Shown here: positions 60,801-64,000 of the stretch, in pieces | How positions within the stretch are numbered: the first letter of the stretch is position 1 | Layout of the letters: each line of letters begins with the position of its first letter | Origin: Tubiluchus corallicola | Lineage: Eukaryota; Animalia; Priapulida | Reading direction: 5' to 3' | DNA: 64,000 nucleotides | Assembly (NCBI GenBank): GCA_030141605.1 | Contig: JAQGDQ010000004.1 | Coordinates: 1,736,001 to 1,800,000, forward strand | Notes under the pieces: generated by a model | Told to the model about the DNA's origin: nothing | Seen by the model: the letters and a program-made list of their open reading frames with translations, nothing else | The model's database searches: none | Position numbers and translations under genes: made by a program

Positions 60801-62557
60801 GCACGACAAAATTGGAGAGAGTGTGTGTCATGAATTTTACACCTGTTGAAGATGAGAAATCTGAGGAGAAGCAAATAAATGGAGAGGTTGAGGAGTCTCT
60901 AGTGACTCCCGAGACCTACACTGATGCTCAATCGGCACCCAGCATTCAGTCAGAACAACAGCAAAAGGACGAGTCGGCTCAACCTGTCAAAAAAACTCCA
61001 GAGCGTGACATGATCATCGCCGTGAAAACTAAGACAGTAGAACGCCATCCGAGTGGTGAGAGAACTGTGGAGGTGCGAACGGAGACGACAAAAATAGTGG
61101 ATGATGAGTCCACAGGTACACGAGAAGCAGCTCACACAAAGACTCTCACATCAGAGGTGGTAACTCGAGCTTGTGAGTGTGCATGCCCTGCCACCTGTTG
61201 GAATGCCACTAAAACTAATTTATGTTGACTTTTGTGTGAGTTGCAGCCTTTGACTAATGTGCACTCAAAATATTCAGGTTTCATGTGTATTATAGTGATT
61301 ATGACTAACATTTAGACAGTACAATGCATTAAAATTTTATGAGCATCACTGATCTACATCAGTCACCCAGGTCTAAGCTGGAATCACCTATGACAAAATA
61401 CCTTGAAATATTCATTCTATGGACCTTCTTTTTCACTGACTTGATGCGAAAATTTTGATAAAAGTGTAGATTTGTCAACTAGTAGATAGCCTGTACTTCT
61501 AGTTTAACTCTTAGGCATGTTTGCTGTATACTAACTTAATGATAACGTGAGCCTGTAGTTATTCAAAATTTGTTGTCATGCGGGATATCAGTTTGAGTGG
61601 GTCCTCGTTCTATCACACCACAAGAGCTCATCATCCTCTATGTGATAATCTTTGTTGATGTAATACGAGTGATATGGAATGCTGTTTGCTATTGCACCTC
61701 TAGACAGAGCGTAGTTTTTCTTGTGGCTCGTCTTTAGAATAAAAATGTCAACTTTTGTTGTAAATGCAAAGGCTTTGCTGCGTTATAAACTTACTGATGA
61801 TCTTTATGTTTAGTACCGAGACTTGTTACAAATTCATAATGAACAGAAAAATTTTTAAGGCCTTTGCATGTAAAATTGTTGACAACATTTGTACTAAGGC
61901 ACACTTGGCTTTGTTTATTTGTTTTTTTATAAACGTTTGCTGTATTGTTGATTAATACATTTGATTATTAACTTGTTTATTAGAATTTAGTTCTGCAGTT
62001 TGCTTTGATTGTTCTTTGTTTGCATTATTGTTAAATTGTTTAATTGTTAAAGAAATCGACTCCTTACTTTACCACATTGTCAGCAAAGTAATTCCTTATT
62101 AGTTCAGCCTTATCATTTCACTGTTCCACTATTTTGCAAGCTTGTTTGTTTTGCTTAGCATATGACAAAGTATTGAAGTTTTAAACATTGTATTTTATGC
62201 ACACATTCTAAGCATTCTATCTTTACAGCTAGTCACGACAAAGCATTGCAGTTTTAAATATTATATTTTATGCAGCATTATACTTAAACTTGTTCATTTC
62301 GTTTGTACTTTACTATTTATGTATCATATTTCTCGTCGTTCTATTACGTGTACAGTAATTAATATTGTTTGCTTTCTTTGCAGCAGCAGAATGAAGCACC
62401 TACTGAAAATCATGCACCTATAGCTAGAATAGTGGAACTTGATGATTACATAGAAGAAATCAAACATATAGAAGAGGAAGAGGAGAGAGCGACTTTGAAA
62501 CGACAAAAGAAGAAAGAGAAGAAAAAAGAAAAAGAAAAACAGAAGGGCAAAAATTAA
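16656..62557 (+). CDS. LLGL: Lethal(2) giant larvae homologue (Lgl/LLGL), gene span; 3' end unresolved
   Basis: 23 exons join in frame (4489 nt through 61172; 3040 nt through 59718 if the 606-nt exon is skipped). Diagnostic Lgl peptides: [71 protein letters not shown], aPKC site [29 protein letters not shown]. Many intron positions match recalled human LLGL1. Confidence 0.96.
18269..18366 (+). CDS. LLGL: Lgl coding exon 2
   Basis: [32 protein letters not shown]; followed by U12 donor GTATCCTTT. Confidence 0.95.
22620..23134 (+). mobile_element. 5'-truncated L2/CR1-group LINE, C-terminal end of ORF2
   Basis: [73 protein letters not shown] is the typical post-RT tail of L2/CR1-like elements. 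Confidence 0.85.
25691..25781 (-). mobile_element. tRNA-derived SINE head
   Basis: Revcomp GTGGCTCAGTGG (A box)...GAGTTCGAGTC (B box); stems do not form a true tRNA. Confidence 0.5.
27458..27513. repeat. Tandem duplication, about 30-bp period
   Basis: taactagtaacgtaatg(g/a)tgaacgtt twice. Confidence 0.8.
29588..29776. mobile_element. Palindromic MITE-like element
   Basis: Left arm aagtaccgttaacgtagcatctggatacgtatgcgtt..atgcggaa vs revcomp of right arm aagtggcgtttacccagcatccggatgcggatgcgtt..atgcggaa. Confidence 0.65.
32050..32107. repeat. Direct repeat 25 bp x2
   Basis: aacataccatactaaattttgtcgg at 32050-32074 and 32083-32107. Confidence 0.85.
32240..32660 (+). repeat. Interspersed repeat related to 10170-10775
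   Basis: Shared ordered motifs, see the 10170 entry. Confidence 0.35.
34202..35113. mobile_element. Foldback-like non-autonomous element with modular inverted ends
   Basis: Left end has many GTCAAAGGAC units plus CTACGGATAA; right end has inverted GTCCTTTG/CTTTGAC units plus TTATCCGTAG. Confidence 0.55.
39275..39362 (+). CDS. LLGL: Lgl coding exon 3
   Basis: [29 protein letters not shown]|gtaagg. Confidence 0.95.
40240..40395 (+). mobile_element. SINE fragment with 5S-rRNA-like core
   Basis: cagaatttaagtaatgccaaacgtgatcggtaagtGGATGGGTGAtcaccagga resembles 5S GAAGCTAAGC..TGGATGGGAGACC; too diverged to be a 5S gene. Confidence 0.45.
41942..42051 (+). CDS. LLGL: Lgl coding exon 4
   Basis: [36 protein letters not shown]. 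Confidence 0.93.
43385..43544 (+). CDS. LLGL: Lgl coding exon 5
   Basis: [24 protein letters not shown]...APDDYK. Confidence 0.92.
44167..44307 (+). CDS. LLGL: Lgl coding exon 6
   Basis: [33 protein letters not shown]...CNQ. Confidence 0.95.
44878..45004 (+). CDS. LLGL: Lgl coding exon 7
   Basis: [26 protein letters not shown]...TTPYG. Confidence 0.95.
45270..45470 (+). CDS. LLGL: Lgl coding exon 8 (LLGL domain)
   Basis: [10 protein letters not shown]...[17 protein letters not shown]...FDFTSK. Confidence 0.95.
45994..46211 (+). CDS. LLGL: Lgl coding exon 9
   Basis: [26 protein letters not shown]...[13 protein letters not shown]. Confidence 0.95.
47052..47155. repeat. Near-perfect inverted repeat (about 45-bp arms)
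   Basis: gaagttagaatgcccataaatctcaaaaaattcttta.. pairs with ..taaagaattttttgagatttatgggcattttaacttc. Confidence 0.9.
47190..47257 (+). CDS. LLGL: Lgl coding exon 10
   Basis: [23 protein letters not shown]. Confidence 0.95.
47934..48075 (+). CDS. LLGL: Lgl coding exon 11
   Basis: [22 protein letters not shown]...EDWPPFRK. Confidence 0.95.
48129..48836. mobile_element. Tc1/mariner-pogo-type MITE
   Basis: TA|CCGTAAGTACTCCCTTAA ... TTAAGCGAGGACTTACTG|TA (revcomp CAGTAAGTCCTCGCTTAA); TA TSD. Confidence 0.7.
49140..49292 (+). CDS. LLGL: Lgl coding exon 12
   Basis: [21 protein letters not shown]...AGTAGQVII. Confidence 0.95.
49390..49802 (+). CDS. LLGL: Lgl coding exon 13 with the aPKC-site polybasic loop
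   Basis: [53 protein letters not shown]; ends in phase 2. Confidence 0.95.
49935..50641. mobile_element. hAT-type MITE
   Basis: TIRs TAGGGATGTCAC / GTGACATACCTA; subterminal CGAAT/ATTCG units; flanks ATTTTAAT / ATCATAAT match 6/8. Confidence 0.65.
51669..52274 (+). CDS. LLGL: Lgl 606-nt Glu-rich exon (probable alternative cassette)
   Basis: tttgtag|t ... gc|gtaagt; phase 2-2; 202 open codons; purine-rich coding bias. Confidence 0.8.
52291..52387 (+). promoter_or_regulatory. Rbfox (T)GCATG cluster, candidate intronic splicing enhancer
   Basis: GCATG at 52291, 52302, 52310, 52325, 52354, 52383. Confidence 0.65.
53373..53512 (+). CDS. LLGL: Lgl coding exon 15
   Basis: [47 protein letters not shown]. 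Confidence 0.92.
53812..54418. repeat. Diverged local duplication
   Basis: agcagaaaaactt..aaatct..tgtgtg..tgaaccaca..ggtgccagtatg..ggcttcataat.gacaga occurs at about 53812-54012 and 54272-54418. Confidence 0.55.
54499..54615 (+). CDS. LLGL: Lgl coding exon 16
   Basis: [38 protein letters not shown]. Confidence 0.93.
54785..54873. repeat. Compound (GGT)n(GCT)n microsatellite
   Basis: Directly visible; intronic. Confidence 0.95.
55822..55988 (+). CDS. LLGL: Lgl coding exon 17
   Basis: [26 protein letters not shown]...[12 protein letters not shown]. Confidence 0.95.
56154..56259 (+). CDS. LLGL: Lgl coding exon 18
   Basis: [28 protein letters not shown]. Confidence 0.95.
57061..57181 (+). CDS. 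LLGL: Lgl coding exon 19
   Basis: [39 protein letters not shown]. Confidence 0.95.
58308..58535 (+). CDS. LLGL: Lgl coding exon 20
   Basis: [29 protein letters not shown]...[12 protein letters not shown] (a different frame from the ORF-track entry 58220). Confidence 0.92.
59398..59505 (+). CDS. LLGL: Lgl coding exon 21
   Basis: [35 protein letters not shown]; phase 2-2. Confidence 0.85.
59672..59718 (+). CDS. LLGL: Lgl 47-nt exon 22
   Basis: ttgcag|g caa gta aaa...gct g|gtaaga; [15 protein letters not shown]; phase 2-1. Confidence 0.78.
60330..61172 (+). CDS. LLGL: Lgl 843-nt Glu/Thr-rich exon (probable alternative cassette)
   Basis: ccatag|ac ... t|gtgagt; phase 1-1; 281 open codons in frame with ORF 60365. 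Confidence 0.78.
62384..62557 (+). CDS. LLGL: Candidate Lgl terminal exon (acidic then Lys-rich tail)
   Basis: Polypyrimidine tract then CAGCAGCAG; coding-like [25 protein letters not shown]...[15 protein letters not shown] in phase 0; the upstream partner donor is unresolved. Confidence 0.55.
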   Translation, partial: QQNEAPTENHAPIARIVELDDYIEEIKHIEEEEERATLKRQKKKEKKKEKEKQKGKN

Positions 62558-62930
62558 CTGTGTTTATAATTTACTTATTGTAAAGTATCGTCCTGCTATA
62601 AAATGACTCTTTTATTTGGCAGCAATGCCTGTGTTAGATTTCTTTAAATTTTTGTTTCAAGACAAAATGAACTAAATGTTTCTAGCTGTCTAAAAACTTA
62701 AAAGCTGGGGAAAACTCCTGCAGTAGTGGCCTCTTATAAATAGACTATATATATTTTATTTCAGTACAGACTATTAAACTTTTGCATACTTTTAATGCAC
62801 AGCAGCAAAACATATAAAACTGATGTTATTTGGTCAAAGAACACTGTACGACAGATTGCACCGTGTGTGATGTTTATTGTTGGCCTATTTAGTGCAGTAT
62901 TTTATATACTTCTTAATGTTGCTTTTGTAG

Positions 62931-62960
62931 TTGTTTGAGCCTGGTCCAAATGTGGTTAAG
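62931..62960 (+). CDS. Candidate 30-nt microexon of an alternative Lgl 3' end
   Basis: gcttttgtag|ttgtttgagcctggtccaaatgtggttaag|gtaaga; LFEPGPNVVK in phase 0. Confidence 0.3.
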
Positions 62961-64000
62961 GTAAGATGCCCCTTGCCTTCTTTGTTGACCGCTTCCAGTT
63001 GATAATGATCAAAGCATTGAAATAACGTTTTGTAGATTAGCCACTACCGTAAGTGTTTCTAAAATTCCCATAGTGTTAGTTAGTTATGTGTTTGTGTATG
63101 TCTGTAGAATAAAATTTTCTTTTTAAAGTGCAGTTATTTTGCCTGATACATTTGCGTAGGTGTCACATCATACATGAATTGTGACAGTGGTGTGGTGATG
63201 TAACTTATTGATCATTTTTGTAGACTTTGGGGTTGCAAAAACTGTTAATAGTAAATTTGTGTAACCATAGGATAGGTTCACAAGGTTGTTTTTAGTGTGC
63301 GATGAAAGGTGTATATTACCTGGGTATATCACCTGACCGCCAAGTGAAGTATGTCCCTTAAATTGCGAAGTTTAGATAGTCCAAATAGGTAGAGATTTTT
63401 GAATGTATGACAAAGACCTTTCTCTCTCTCTCCCTGGTGTCTTAAATTCTGAAATAATTGTTTGTATACCTTTAATTTTGTAATTTAGGATGGATTGAAT
63501 CAATTAAAGTCACAAAAGTCCATTAGATTAGGCTGTAATAGGTTGGTTAATTCATTTTCAAATTCGGTAGGCTGGTCTTCTGCTATTCTTTGTATATACT
63601 TTATATATTATTCCGTTTTTCCTATGCTAAATGAGTAGGTAGATATTTTAGCACCTTAATTACTTCGTAGGATGTTAATTGTTTATGATTAGTAAGTGTC
63701 CAGTGGTGTGTTGTCCCATTTTTGCTGTAAACCACTTTTGTGGATGAGGCATTTTAACAGGTTGTATGTCTTGTCAATTTTATGTATTTTATCTTATCTT
63801 GAGTTGTGATTTGCACTACACAAGTTTGAAATTATTAATAAGTTGTATTACATCAAACGTTACATCAAACTGATATAAAATTGTGCTTTTATCATTTATA
63901 GCCTAAGTGATCAGTCATTAAAAGCTCAATTCTCCGAGTTCTAAGTTGGATACTTATTAATTAATTGTCTCAGTCAGTAATGCACAGGGTGATAAGTTGC

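Noticed and set aside
61173-61228. Cys-rich C-terminus ([18 protein letters not shown]) as a lipidation signal
   Set aside because: It lies past a strong GTGAGT donor, derives from GT-rich intron sequence and is not a CaaX motif.
16656-62557. Tomosyn (STXBP5) instead of Lgl
   Set aside because: It has the Lgl-specific [16 protein letters not shown] aPKC motif and an Lgl-type N-terminus; no C-terminal R-SNARE coiled coil is visible in the window.

Overview
AT-rich, intron-rich eukaryotic (metazoan invertebrate-like) DNA, not prokaryotic. Reading splice sites and frames by hand gives two tandem + strand genes. (1) A near-complete Njmu-R1/C17orf75 homologue, exons about 618-12914, with a GC-AG intron. 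(2) A lethal(2) giant larvae (Lgl/LLGL) homologue from ATG 16656 to at least 62557, with 23 frame-consistent coding exons and an unresolved 3' end. The best signals are in Lgl RNA processing: a 20.9-kb minor-spliceosome (U12-type) intron, and two large frame-preserving acidic exons (606 nt and 843 nt) flanked by Rbfox (GCATG) and QKI (ACTAAY) motifs. The 606-nt exon lies directly after the aPKC-phosphorylated polybasic membrane-binding loop. There is also a two-codon uORF and a frame puzzle at a CAGCAGCAG acceptor. Introns carry hAT- and Tc1/pogo-type MITEs, SINE fragments, an L2/CR1-type LINE 3' end and short repeats. Family assignments rest on recalled human protein sequences; no search was run. 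Most ORF-track entries are spurious or are exon fragments.
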